NCBI RefSeq assembly: GCF_032444005.1
Contig: NC_091282.1
Coordinates: 637,484,001-637,548,000, forward strand
DNA length: 64,000 nt
Direction: 5' to 3'
Origin: Ranitomeya imitator
Lineage: Eukaryota
The notes below the pieces were generated by a model, which did no database searches, was not told where the DNA came from, and was given only the letters and a program-made list of their open reading frames with translations. Below, in pieces: positions 34,818 through 47,500 of this stretch (position 1 is its first letter; each line of letters begins with the position of its first letter). The position numbers and the translations under genes were made by a program.

Positions 34818-37450
34818 TGAAGCGAAGAAAAGAAAGTGGTTTAGAATGTTTAGAAAAAAGAAAAAGGCTAAGGAGGAAGAATTGAAAAAAAATGAAGGTG
34901 CACTACTAAAATATCTCAGCCACGATACTACTACTCCTGTTGCTGAGGAGATTCCTAAATTCACAGCATCAGACACAAGTGCTCCTTCAACTTCAGGAAC
35001 CAATGAGCAGTGTGATGACCAAGACATTGACCCAAGTGCTCCTTCAACTTCAGGAACCAATGAGCAGTGTGATGACCAAGACATTGACCCAAGTGCTCCT
35101 TCAACTTCAGGAACCAATGAGCAGTGTGATGACCAAGACATTGACCCAAGTGCTCCTTCAACTTCAAGAAGCAATGAGGAGTGTGACGATCAAAATATTC
35201 CTGCTATTGATTTAAAGGATGTTGGTCTTTGGCCAAATAAAATTAATGATGATACAAGGATCTTACTGGTACGTCAAGGTGCATCAGTGGTTCAGCATCT
35301 AGACTCAGACTTTGCTGAAGTGGTTCGTGAGGGAGCATCAATCAAAGGACAAAACAGAAAACTTACACGCAACTGGTTTTTTAAAACTCTGCCAAATAAT
35401 GAAAAAATGTTGAGGTGATGGTTGCTGTACTCTCCTTCCAAAAAAGCCCTTTACTGCTTTTGTTGCAGACTATTTGCAGATGCAGAAACAAGTCAGTCTA
35501 ATTTTGATTCAGTGAATGGATTCAACACATGGTGGAAACTTAATCCTAAAGTATACAACCATGAATCTAGTGTGGCCCATGTAGAATGTTTCACAAAATG
35601 GAAGGAGTTAGAAATTGGACTCCAACGTGGCGTAACAATTGATAAAAAAGTACAGGAAGAAGTAGAAAATAATGTGAAGAAGTGGAGGGAGATACTTGCA
35701 AGATTGTTGGATATCATTAGATTCCTTGCTAAACAAAATTTGGCTTTACGGGGTCACAGAGAAGTAATCCATCACGAGACTGATTACGAACCTAAATCAA
35801 CTGGAAAAAAGGGAAATTTTTTAGAATTAGTTCATTTGTTGGCGAAATATGATCCAGTGCTACGTGAACATATTCTAAGAATCAAGTTTGGAAAAAAGTT
35901 TGCTACATCATATTTCTCTCCTACAATTCAGAATGAGTTTATAGAAATTTTGGGAGGGAAAGTAAGAAGCAAAGTTGTGGAGCAAGTAAAAATAGCAAAG
36001 TATTTTTCTATTATATTTGACAGCACCCCTGATATTTCTCATAAGGATCAAATGTGCCAAGTTTTACGCTACGTTATGATAAATGGAAATGAAGTTAAGG
36101 TTGTGGAATCATTTGTTGATTTTATTGAAATAAAAGGTAAAACTTCAGAGAGTATTTCAACTGTGATTTTGCAACAATTAGAAAAATACGGAATTGACAT
36201 CCAAAATTGTAGAGGACAAGCATATGATAATGCTGCTGTAATGGCTGGTCAACATACTGGCGTTCAGAGACGCATTAAGGAAATAAATATAAAAGCTGAA
36301 TTTGTTGCATGTACAAATCACTCTCTGAATTTGGCAGGTATACATGCAGCTTCTGTTGCACTGTTTGGTTACATTTTTTGGAACTGTGGAGCGTTTGTTC
36401 ACATTTTTTTCTTCTTCTACCCATCGCTGGGATGTTCTGATTTCAGTCACTGGTCAAAGTGTCAAGCGTGTATTAGAAACTCGGTGGAGTGCACGGGGAG
36501 ATGCTGTGAGTGCAGTGAAAAAAAATTACTCCAAAATTTTACAGGCTGTAGAACATTTAACTGGTGAAGAAGAAAATAGAGTTACCAGGTCAGATGCTGG
36601 CGTGTTGCTTGTTGCATTACAATCTTTTTCCTTCCTGTGCTTTCTTGGCCTGTGGGAATCTGTGCTTAAAGAAATTAATGACACACAGGTCTACCTACAG
36701 ACCAAAGGATTAAATATCCAACAATGTGACACAAAACTTGGAGCATTAAAAGCATTTTTAACAGAAAACAGAGAGGAATTAGTTAAGCATTCAGTAGCTT
36801 ATGCAAAAGAAATTTGTGAAGATTTGGGAATAGATATGGATCGCCGCTCTAGAAAGAAGAAAAAGATGGCAGGTGAAGAATCGCAAGACTCTGCATTGCC
36901 ATATGAAACGGAGTTGATGAGAGAAATGTACCTTTCATTGGACAAAGTGAAATCACAACAAGATTTCAACAGCTTCATGCTCTTGCTGAAAAATATGCCT
37001 TCCTGACTCCATCACACCTTTTGGACGATAAGTATGAGTGTCAGCTAAATCAAGATCACGATGATATTAATAAGGAAGAGTTCCTTATTGAGAGAAAAAG
37101 GCTTAAAAGTTTTCTTTATGTTGCTGTTACACAAGACAAAAAAGAGACATGGAAGGAGGACAGTCCGCTTGAACTGTTGCAGTTTATTGTAAAATACAGT
37201 CTAGAGAACTCGGTTCCAAATATTGTCATACTCCTTCGCATTTTTCTTACTATTGCTGTAAGTGTTGCTACTTGTGAGGAGTTTTTCCAAGTTAAAGCTG
37301 ATTAAAAATTACCTAAGATCCACAATGAGCGCCATGCGTTTAGGAAATATGGCCATTCTGTCTATTGAACATCAGCTGAGTGAAGAAATAGACTTTGATG
37401 ATGTTATCAACGATTTTGCAAACAGAAAGGCAAGAAAAGTAAAATTCTAA
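34818..37450 (+). pseudogene. hAT transposase (TTF-type zinc finger, DUF4371/ZMYM1-like core, hATC dimerisation domain), disrupted
   Basis: Motifs YCFCCRLF, IIFDSTPDISH, GQAYDNAAVM, CTNHSLNL, ETRWS and SFSKLKLIKNYLRSTM, spread over 5 ORF pieces. Confidence 0.92.
34978..35195 (+). repeat. 57-bp in-frame tandem repeat (SAPSTSGTNEQCDDQDIDP x3 plus partial)
   Basis: Three identical units plus a diverged partial unit in the transposase N-terminus. Confidence 0.95.
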
Positions 37451-37645
37451 AATATTTGAAATCAACTTTACTCCCAAAGTGACAATTTAAAGTTTCAGTT
37501 AAACAATAAAGAGTTTTTTTTCTGTGCGTGTTGTCCTGACTATTTTTGGTAACCTTTGTGTGTATTGAGTCGGGGGGGTGGGGGAGCGCCAAACTCGGGA
37601 CCGGCCCCGGGCGGCAAAAGCTCTAGCTACGCCACTGGTCGTCGG

Positions 37646-38110
37646 TGTGTTGGTTCCTGGCTTCGGGTTGGGGATCTGGTCTGGTTGTCTTCCCGTCATG
37701 TTCCTATGAAGGTTTCTTCCCCTAAGTTTAAGCCTCGGTTTATTGGTCCTTATAAGATTTCTGAGATTATTAATCCGGTGTCTTTTCGTTTGGCGCTTCC
37801 GGCCTATTTTGCTATCCATAATGTCTCCATAGATCTTTATTGTGGAAATATGTGGTGCCCGTTGTTCCCTCTGTTGATCCTCCGGCCCCTGTGTTGGTTG
37901 ATGGAGAGTTGGAGTATGTGGTTGAGAAGATTTTGGATTCTCGTTTTTCGAGGCGGAGGCTTCAGTACCTTGTCAAATGGAAGGGTTATGGCCAGGAGGA
38001 TAATTCTTGGGTTTTTGCCTCTTATGTCCATGCTGCTGATTTGGTCCATGCCTTTCATCTGGCTCATCCTGATCGTCCTGGGGGCCCTGGTGAGGGTTCG
38101 GTGACCCCTC
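37646..38110 (+). pseudogene. Integrase C-terminus (GPY/F) and chromodomain of the same Gypsy
   Basis: VGDLVWLS..FIGPYKI.. then YVVEKILDSRFSRRRLQYLVKWKGYGQEDNSW; reading continues from ..FANRRR at 30571 once the hAT is removed. Confidence 0.9.
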
Positions 38111-38125
38111 CTCAAGGGGGGGTAC

Positions 38126-38874
38126 TGTTGTGAATTCTGCTTTTTTGAATGCAGTTGTCTCATAGTCACAGTCCTGGCCAGGTGTATCTGCTGATTGCAG
38201 TTCTGACTGGGATATTTAGGTGTGGAGGATTCATTAGTCCTTTCCAGTTGTCAATGTTTCTTGTGAAGTGTTGGTTCACTTTCTGGCTTCTCCTGCTTAG
38301 CTACCAATTCAACAAAGATAAGTATCTGTTTCTTTTTCTGTGGCACACATGCAGTGTGCTTATATTCTGTGCTATTCATTTGTTTTTCTCTTGTCCAGCT
38401 TAGACTGTGTCAGTGTTTTCTCAGTCTTGTTGGATTCTCTGGAGTTGCAGATATACGCTCCACATCTTTAGTTAGATGGTGGAGTTTTTGTATTTTCTGC
38501 TGTGGATATTTTTGGAAGAATTTTTAATACTGACCGCTTAGTATCCTGTCCTATCCTTTCCTATTTAGCTAGTGTGTGCCTCACTTGCTAAATCCTGTTT
38601 CCTGCCTGTGTGTGTCTTTTCCTCTACTACTCACAGTCAATATTTGTGGGGGGCTGCCTATCCTTTGGGGTTCTGCTCTGAGGCAAGGTAGAATTCCTAT
38701 TTCCATCTATAGGGGTATTTAGTCCTCCGGCTGTGTCGAGGTGTCTAGGTTTTGTTAGGCACACCCCACGGCTACTTCTAGTTGCGGTGTTAAGATCAGG
38801 GTTTGCGGTCAGTATAGTTACCACCTACTCCAGTGAAAGTTTTCATGCTGCTCCAAGGTCACCTGATCATAACA
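38126..38874 (+). repeat. 3' LTR
   Basis: Follows the PPT; homologous to 26093-26868. Confidence 0.95.
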
Positions 38875-39829
38875 AGCGACCTCCACCCCCTGGAAAACTC
38901 ACCAAAATGGGAATGAAAACCGTAATTACAGAAAAATGCCAAAGTTCCAGTGGATTGATTGAGCCTACTGTTAAAGTCAAACTCTGCAAGAGTTAGAAAT
39001 GAGGACCAGTCCTTCTGCTGAACCACAACAAAACACCTCAAAATTTTCTCCAAAGATTGAGAGGTCCTGTCAAGTCTGACTGTTGGTGTCACAGGTATGC
39101 AGCGACAGAAGGAGCCAGAAGACCTCAGCATCTGATTTCATGTACTGCTACAGGTTTCTTTCAGCAATGCAGGCGTTAAACTGTTCAGCTTGGAGTCTCT
39201 GAAGCCTTCTTGCTTGAAAGACCTCGGCTGTGCAGTATCAGCCACTTCCCTCTCCTATATATTCTTACCTCTGGCAATTTGGATTGCCAGTGTTAGTCTT
39301 GTTGTACTGCCTGGTGAAGGAGTGAAGTATTTGGTGTTTGGTAGTGGTGTTTTGGAAATTTTTCTGTTACTGTTGCTTGGTGTTTCAGCTGTGTTCACAG
39401 TCCCCATCTTCTCTTATTTTATTTACCTTCCTTATCGCTGAGAGAGTACGTAGATAACCAAGGGAAAAAACAAAGGCGTAAGTCAGGTCACAGTCCAGGG
39501 TGAATAATAAAAGATAGCAGATCAAAAGCCGAAAGAGAAGACATAGGGATAGTCAGAATATGATCGAAAGGGTCAGGCTCACCAATAAGCACAAACTATG
39601 TCTGGCAGGTAATCACCAGAACACTGAACACCTGCAGAAAGTCTCGCACATCCCAGTCACAGATTGCACAGGCCCCGACAGCTCAGCAAGCCCATCACAG
39701 TATTGAACAGCCAAACTGTCAATCAAGACAGACAGCTCAGCAGGACAGTTTCCATAGAACAGCATAGCAATCATTCATTGAGCGGAGGATTCGTGACACC
39801 AAATAACAGTTTTCCCATCTGACAGGACA

Positions 39830-40100
39830 CAGAGTACCATTGAATGATATGAAAGAATCGTAAGTCAATGTTCACCGTTAATCCCTTTTTATTTGTAATT
39901 GTAATATACACATGATTCGTCTTCTTTATAATATCTTTTAATATTTTTGTAAATACTGCCTATCTTTTTATGGAGTAAAATATATAATTTTACTAGCTTG
40001 TCTTCATGCTCTATACGAACTGTTGAGTCCTCTGAAGTGAGTTACACTACTGATTTGGGTTGGCTCTGGACCCGTTAATCGGAGCTGGTTGCAGCGATCT
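39830..40100 (+). mobile_element. LTR 3' portion plus PBS-like TGGTTGCAGCG; homologous to ~43250-43512
   Basis: Shared GGAGTAAAATATATAA...TTACTAGC...CCTCTGAAGTGA...TTACACTACT...GGACCCGTTAAT...CGGAGCTGGT block. Confidence 0.6.
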
Positions 40101-40529
40101 TGTTCTGTGCAATTGGACATCTTTGCAGCGTCCGGTAGCGTTGATAATTATTGTTCCCACCTGAGTTGGAGTAGTTATATCTCCCTCGCTGCAGAGTGCC
40201 CAATAGCCAGTACAAAGCAGACAGCCTTTCTGGCAACTAATTACCCTAGGTGCAGTACCTAATCTGACCTGAGGATAAGGGGGGTGCCAGAGAGCTGCAA
40301 GTTCCAAATCGGAACTGGAAAGTGGGATGTAGATAAATCCCCTTCAGAAGGAACCAGGGGCACCCAAACAACCCCGGTTCATGACAAATTGGTTTGAGTA
40401 GTGGGGACAATAAAGATATCCTCCCCGGGATCCCTGACATATTGTTGGGATCCATGAGATATTGTTGGCAGCACGGTGTGAACCGTGACACTCATGCATT
40501 ATACTCTATGGGGGCAGAATTATACTCCA

Positions 40530-40890
40530 TGAGGCCTGCTTTATACTACATGGGGGTTGCATTATACTCTATCAAGGACTATTGGGAGTGCATTATACTT
40601 TGAGTACTATATGAAGGCTGCATTATAATCTATTGAGGACAATTTGGAGTGCGTTATACTATATGGGGGGTGCATTATACTGTATGGAGGACCATGGAGA
40701 ATGCATTATGCTGTGTAGAGGACTATGAAGAATGCCTTATACTTTATGAAGGACTATCAGGTGCATTATACTATGGGGAGTGCATTCGACTAAATGGAGG
40801 ACTACGGGGGTGCGTTTTACAATATGAAGGACTATGGGATGCATTATACTACATTGAGGAACATGGGGAGTTAAGTATACTATACGGAGG
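40530..40890. repeat. Degenerate ~30-bp repeat (GCATTATACTATATGGGG-like)
   Basis: Recurrent CATTATAC motif. Confidence 0.7.
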
Positions 40891-41395
40891 ATGTCACGAT
40901 AACATGAATATGCCATGTTTTGAGTACATACCTAAAGGGTCCATGGCTTTTCAGACACACACTGTGGGCTTTTCCGACCCCCCCTCTTCGCTCTGCCTAG
41001 AAAGTTCTTCTCCTCTTTTTGCCTGCAGGCGACTCCCCCCTGCAAGATAGTGCAATGTGCGACCAGCCAGCACATTCACTGAAAAATTTATATGGCTTTG
41101 TGCTGCGAAAGCCAGGGTCCTTAAACTCCTCATTCCCCCCTCCCACCTAATACCAGCCAACACTGGTACAGAACCTGCATGGGACTCTTTGTTCTTTTGA
41201 AGTTATGTATAATGGCACCGATCAGGGCTAGAGATATAAGGATTATATATTTCAGATGTCCATCGAGAGATCTATAGCTCACTGAAATTGCTAGGAGCTA
41301 AACCCAACAAGGGCAAGGAGCGAGTTTCTCCACAAGCGGGTCATGTATCTATGCAGTGTTTACACTTAAAAGAACCCCCCTGATGTGGTGAACAC

Positions 41396-42991
41396 TGTTG
41401 TGAATTCTGTTGTTGAACTCCCTCCTGTGGTCGTGAATGGTACTTTGGTGGGTTCTGTCCATGGACTCCCTCTGGTGGCTGTGAGTGAAGCTGCTGCTTC
41501 TGAGGTTCCTTACACAGGTGACGTGGTTTATCCTGTGGTTGGCTGCTCTATTTAACTCCACTCAGATCGTTACTCCATGCCAGCTGTCAATGTTCCTGCA
41601 TTGGTTCAGTTCGCTCTTGGATCTTTCTGGTGACCTGTCTTCTCCAGCAGAAGCTAAGTTCCTGATAGTTATTATTTGTTCATTGTTTCCTTGTCCAGCT
41701 GGTTATCATGATTTTGTCTTGCTAGCTGGAAGGTCTGGGATGCAGAGTGGCATCTCCGCACCGTTAGTCGGTCTTTTTGCACACTCTGCGTGGTCTTTTG
41801 TAGTTTTTTGTGCTGACCGCAAAGATACCTTTCCTATCCTCTGTCTGTTTAGTAAGTCTGGCCTCCCTTTGCTGAAACCTGTTTCATTTCTGCGTTTGTG
41901 ACTTTCATCTTTACTCACAGTCAATATATGTGGGGGGCTGCCTTTTCCTTTTGGAAATTTCTCTGAGGCAAGGTAGGCTTTATTTTCTATCTCTAGGGCT
42001 AGCTAACTCTTTTGCTGTGAAGAGTGTTATGATAGGCAATTCAGTATCACAATGGACATAGCGGTCAGAGCACATACAGTGATCTGACAATAACCCAAAA
42101 TAATAGAACGAGCTCTGAGACGTGGGAACTCTGCAGACCGCAATCCCTAATCCTCTCCAAACAACACTAGAGGCAGCCGTGGATTGCGCCTAACTCTGCC
42201 TATGCAACTCGGCACAGCCTGAGAAACTAACTAGCCTGAAGATAGAAAAATAAGCCTACCTTGCCTCAGAGAAATACCCCAAAGGAAAAGGCAGCCCCCC
42301 ACATATAATGACTGTGAGTAAAGATGAAAAGACAAACGTAGAGATGAAATAGATTCAGCAAAGTGAGGCCCGACTTTCTTAACAGAGCGAGGATAGGAAA
42401 GATAACTTTGCGGTCTACACAAAACCCTAAAGAAAACCACGCAAAGGGGGCAAAAAGACCCTCCGTACCGAACTAACGGCACGGAGGTACACCCTTTGCG
42501 TCCCGGAGCTTCCAGCAAAACAAATAGACAAGCTGGACAGAAAAAATAGCAAACAAATAACAAAGAAGAACTCAGCTATGCAGAGCAGCAGGCCACAGGA
42601 ATGATCCAGGGAAAAACAAGTCCAACACTGGAACATTGACAGGAAGCATGGATCAAAGCATTAGGTGGAGTTAAGTAGAGAAGCACCTAACGACCTCACC
42701 AGATCACCTGAGGGAGGAACCTCAGAAGCCGCAGTACCACTTTCCTCCACAAACGGAAGCTCCCAGAGAGAATCAGCCGAAGTATCACTTGTGACCACAG
42801 GAGTGAACTCTGCCACAGAATTCACAACAGAAGAGGCGTCTAGGGAGAGTCAGGAACTCTCCACGGCTATTTCTAGTTGTGGTGATAGGATTAGGGCCTG
42901 CGGTCAGCAGAGCTCCCACATCCCAGAGCTTGTCCTGTGTGAGTTTAACTATCAGGTCGTGCCGGTGCTCCTAACCACCAGGTCCATAACA
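41396..42991 (+). mobile_element. Solo LTR (TGTTGTGAATTC family) interrupted by another solo LTR
   Basis: TGTTGTGAATTCTG ... CCATAACA; 6-bp TSD GAACAC at 41390-95 and 42992-97. Confidence 0.9.
42025..42829 (-). mobile_element. Nested solo LTR, same superfamily, opposite strand
   Basis: TGTTATGAT ... GAATTCACAACA; 6-bp TSD GAAGAG at 42019-24 and 42830-35. Confidence 0.9.
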
Positions 42992-43539
42992 GAACACTCT
43001 GATCATGGTGTCGTTCGTATACGAGGTTCATACAGCAAGTTAGGCATAGAAATGGTTTGTCCTAGCTCTAAGAAAGGGGAGGATTCAGCCTCTGAGTGAG
43101 GTCACCACAGGGAGAGTGCCTTGGTTTTGGGCTGGGAGATAACTGAGTGGGACATCAGTCTAGAGGGTCTTTTCTCCTGGGTCTAGCTTCGAGACAGGGG
43201 TGTAATGCATATTGATGTGTCCCCTGAGCACATGGTCAGCCATGAGATGAAATGATCTGAATGAAATGTAAGTGTTTTTCAACTTTAATCCCATTTTATT
43301 TGTAATTGTACTGTACATATGATACTTGTCTTCTTTATAATATCTATTTGTACTTCTGTAAACACTGCCTACTTTTTTGGAGTAAAATATATAAAATTAC
43401 TAGCTTTGTATCTCCTTACTCTATAACGAACTGTCACGTCCTCTGAAGTGAATTACACTACTAAATTGGGTGGGCTCCGGACCCGTTAATAATTAAGAAA
43501 TCGGAGCTGGTGGCATATACCCATAATAGCCATCAACTA

Positions 43540-44599
43540 TGCAAACTTGAGACAAGGGTATTCTACTCAAGTCATCCGAGGGTTACATCTACAGGTAGGG
43601 GCATTGCACTCAGAAGGTATTGACTGTTATGTGCTAGAGGGTCTGCCCTTTCCTGTGGTTCTTGGACTACCTTGGCTCACCTTGCACAACACTGTGGTAG
43701 ATTGGCAGACTCGGCAGGTGGTAAAGGGAAGCAAGTATTGTCACAAACCATGTTTGGGCACCCAGCTATCGAGTGGATACCCAGTCTGTACCTAAATACC
43801 TGTCTGACTTTTGGGATGTGTTTTCAAAGCAGGGTTGCCAAGAACTTCCTCCCCATCTTCCTTATGACTGTGCCATTAATCTTGTCCCTGGGGCCAAGCT
43901 GCAAAAAAGAGCAGACAATATAAAATCTCTGGTCCAGAGAGGCAGGCCATGAAGAACTATATATATTGTGGAAAGTTTGGCAAAGGGTGATATCAGACCA
44001 TACTCATTCCCAATAGCTGCACGGTTTTTCTTTGTAAAGAAGAAAGAAGATAGACGGGGGGGTTACGCCCCTGCCTAGATTTCCGCAAACTCAATCACAT
44101 CACGGTCCAGGATCCGTAATTGCTCCCACTCCTATCAGACCTCTTTATTCAGATCATAGGAACAAAATGGCTTTCTAAACTGGATCTCAGGGAGGCGTGT
44201 ATAATCTCATTTGTATTAAAGAGGGAGATGAGTGGAAAGCAGCCTTCAATACACCTGGATGACACTATGAGAATCTTGTGATGCCATTTGGGTTGACTAA
44301 TGTTCCCGCTGTCTTTCAGCACATAGTAAATGGCATCTTTATTCACCTGGTGGTAGATTTGTTGTTATCTATCTTGATAACATATTAATTTATTCATCTG
44401 ACATTGAGTCACATCAGGTACATGTCAGACAGGTCTTAAAGATACTCGGAGACAATAGATTATTTATCAAACCAAAGAAATGTATGTTCTCGGTAGATCC
44501 TTTTTCTAGGCCATGTTTTATCATCCATCGGTTTTTGCATGGATCTGGTGAAAGTCCGGGCATTACTGAATTGTGATCGTCCTGAGGATTTGAAGGCGT
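43540..44599 (+). pseudogene. Decayed Gypsy protease/RT of an older element
   Basis: [68 protein letters not shown]. Confidence 0.85.
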
Positions 44600-47500
44600 G
44601 TAGTGTGAATATAAAAATGGCTATTTTGAGTCCATATTGAAATATGCAGAATGCATTCAGACCACTACAAAGCAGCATTTCTAGTCATACATTTACAGAG
44701 AGACAATGCTCATAGTGACACAATCTTGAGAACTGTTTACTTATTATCTGAATGCCTTTACCTCACAAACAGTTCTAAGTTTCTCTATGTTTGTTATTGT
44801 AAAACATGAAGGTTTATTTAACCTCTGTGTTTGGTGGTTTTAGCTAAATCCATGTGAGCTTTTCTCATCGTTTGAGGTTCGCCTGGTATCTTGGTTTCAT
44901 CTTATCTTGATAGCTGACCACTGGATGGGCAGGGTAAAACTAGAGTTACACAGTGTAAATCACTATATAAGGCCAGAGAAACATAACTAAGACAGAAGCA
45001 GAAAGTTGGGTAACTGAACATGTGTACAGTGTTGTAATACCTGTATAAGTAAAAACGTCCGTGCAATGTTGTGAATTTCCCAGTGGTTCTCTGTCTTGGT
45101 GTAGCGTCTCTGATATTTCAGAGGGATGATGTTTAACCCCTTTCTGCCATTGGACGGAATAGTACGACCGATGGCAGAACCCCCTGATTTGATGCAGGCT
45201 CCAGCGATGAACCCGCATCAAAAACGGGACATTCAGCTGTTTTGAACAGCTGACATGTGCCCCCCGCAATAGGCGCCGGCGGAATCGTGATCTGCCTGCA
45301 CCTATTAACTAGTTAAATGCCACTGTCAAACTCTGACAGCGGCATTTAACAAGTGCTTCCGATCTATCAATAAAAAAAAGAATTAACCTGATTGCTAAAT
45401 AGCGTAGCGAGAAAAAAATTAAAACCCCCAGAATTCCGCTTTTTTGGTAGCCGCGAAATTGCATTAAAATGCAATAATGGGCGATCAAAACCGAAATGGT
45501 ACAATTAAAAACATCAGCTCGTCATGCAAAAAAAAACCCCTGAAGACCTGGAGAATCATATTGGCAGGTCAGTATTAGCATTTAGTGAACCTGGCAAAAA
45601 AGCCAAACAAAAAACCAGTGTGGATTGCACTTTTTTTTACAATTTTACCGCACTTGGATTTTTTTTCCCGCTTTCTAGTACATGACATGGTAAAACCAAT
45701 GGTGTCATTCAAAAGTACAACTCGTCCCACAAAAAAATAAGCCCTCACATGGCCATATTGATGGAAAAATAAAAATGTTATGGCTCCGGGAAGGAGGGGA
45801 GCTAAAAGGAAAACGCAAAAACGAAAAAAGCTCCGCTGGTTAACCCCTTCATGACCCAGCCTATTTTGACCTTTAAGACCTTGCCGTTTTTTGCAATTCT
45901 GACCAGTGTCCCTTTATGAGGTAATAACTCAGGAACGCTTCAATGGATCCTAGCGGTTCTGAGATTGTTTTTTCGTGACATATTGGGCTTCATGTTAGTG
46001 GTAAATTTAGGTCAATAAATTCTGTGTTTAATTGTGATAAAAACGGAAATTTGGCGAAAATTTTGAAAATTTCGCAATTTTCACATTTTGAAATTTTATT
46101 CTGTTAAACCAGAGAGTTATGTGACACAAAATAGTTAATAAATAACATTTCCCACACGTCTACTTTACATCAGCACAATTTTGGAAACAAAATTTTTTTT
46201 TGCTAGGAAGTTATAAGGGTTAAAATTTGACCAGCGATTTGTCATTTTTACAACGAAATTTACAAAACCATTTTTTTTAGGGACCACCTCACATTTGAAG
46301 TCAGTTTGAGGGGTCTATATGGCTGAAAATACCCAAAAGTGACACCATTCTAAAAACTGCACCCCTCAAGGTACTCAAAACCACATTCAAGAAGTTTATT
46401 AACCCTTCAGGTGCTTCACAGCAACAGAAGCAACATGGAAGGAAAAAATGAACATTTAACTTTTTAGTCACAAAAATGATTTTTCAGCAACAATTTTTTT
46501 ATTTTCCCAATGGTAAAAGGAGAAACTGAACAACGAAATTTGTTGTCCAATTTGTCCTGAGTACAGTGATACCTCATATGTTGGGGTAAACCACTGTTTG
46601 GGCGCACGGCAGGGCTTGGAAGGGAAGGAGCGCCATTTGACTTTTTGAATGAAAAATTGGCTGCACTCTTTAGCGGACACCATGTCACGTTTGGAGAGCC
46701 CCCGTGTGCCTAAAAATTGGAGCTCCCCCACAAGTGACGCCATTTTGGAAACTAGACGCCCCAAGGTACTTATCTAGATGCATAGTGAGCCCTTTAAACC
46801 CCCAGGTGCTTCACAAATTGATCTGTAAAAATGAAAATGTACTTTTTTTTCACAAAAAAATTATTTTCGCCTCAATTTTTTCATTTTCACATGGACAAAA
46901 GGATAACATGGATCCTAAAATTTGTTGGGCAATTTCTCCTGAGTACACCGATACCTCACATCTGGGGGTAAACCACTGTTTGGGCACATGGTAAGGCTCG
47001 GAAGGGAAGGAGCGCCATTTGACTTTTTGAATGAAAAATTATCTCCATCGTTAGCGGACACCATGTCGCGTTTGGAGAGACCCTGTGTGCCTAAACATTG
47101 GAGCTCCCCCACAAGTGACCCCATTTTGGAAACTGGACCCCCCAAGGAACTTATCTAGATGCCTAGTGAGCACTTTAAACCCTCAGGTGCTTCACAAATT
47201 GATCCGTAAAAATGAAAAAGTACTTTTTTTTCACAAAAAATTTCTTTTCGCCTCAATTTTTTTATTTTCACTTGGGCAATAGGATAAAATGGATCCTAAA
47301 ATTTGTTGAGCAATTTCTCCCGAGTACGCCGATACCTCATATGTGGGGGTAAACCACTGTTTGGGCACACGGCAGGGCTCGGAAGGGAAGGCGCGCCTTT
47401 TGACTTTTTGAATGGAAAATTAGCTCCAATTGTTAGCGGACACCATGTCGCATTTGGAGAGCCCCTGTGTGCCTAAAGATTGGAGCTCCCCCACAAGTGA

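Larger units (their letters stand above)
30572..37637 (+). mobile_element. Composite hAT-superfamily unit (two left ends, one right end)
   Basis: TIRs CAGTGGCGCAG (30572), CAGTGGCGTAG (33419) and CTACGCCACTG (37637); perfect 8-bp TSD GTCGTCGG at 30564-71 and 37638-45. Confidence 0.92.
26093..38874 (+). mobile_element. Chromodomain Ty3/Gypsy (Tf1/sushi-like) retrotransposon, decayed, interrupted by a hAT unit
   Basis: LTRs 26093-26868 and 38126-38874 (TGTTGTGAATTC...TCATAACA); PPT AAGGGGGGGTAC; 6-bp TSD AGCGAC; gag, protease, RT, RH, IN and chromodomain in order. Confidence 0.97.

Noticed and set aside
35422-36567. ZMYM1-like host gene
   Set aside because: Lies within TIR/TSD-bounded hAT unit with stops and frameshifts; transposase pseudogene.
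44946-45269. Possible missing Ly6 exon or signal peptide (ORF 44946-45269; NFPVVLCLGVASLIF on +)
   Set aside because: Lacks the CxxC...C pattern; the plus-strand hydrophobic run has no ATG and is bounded by stops.
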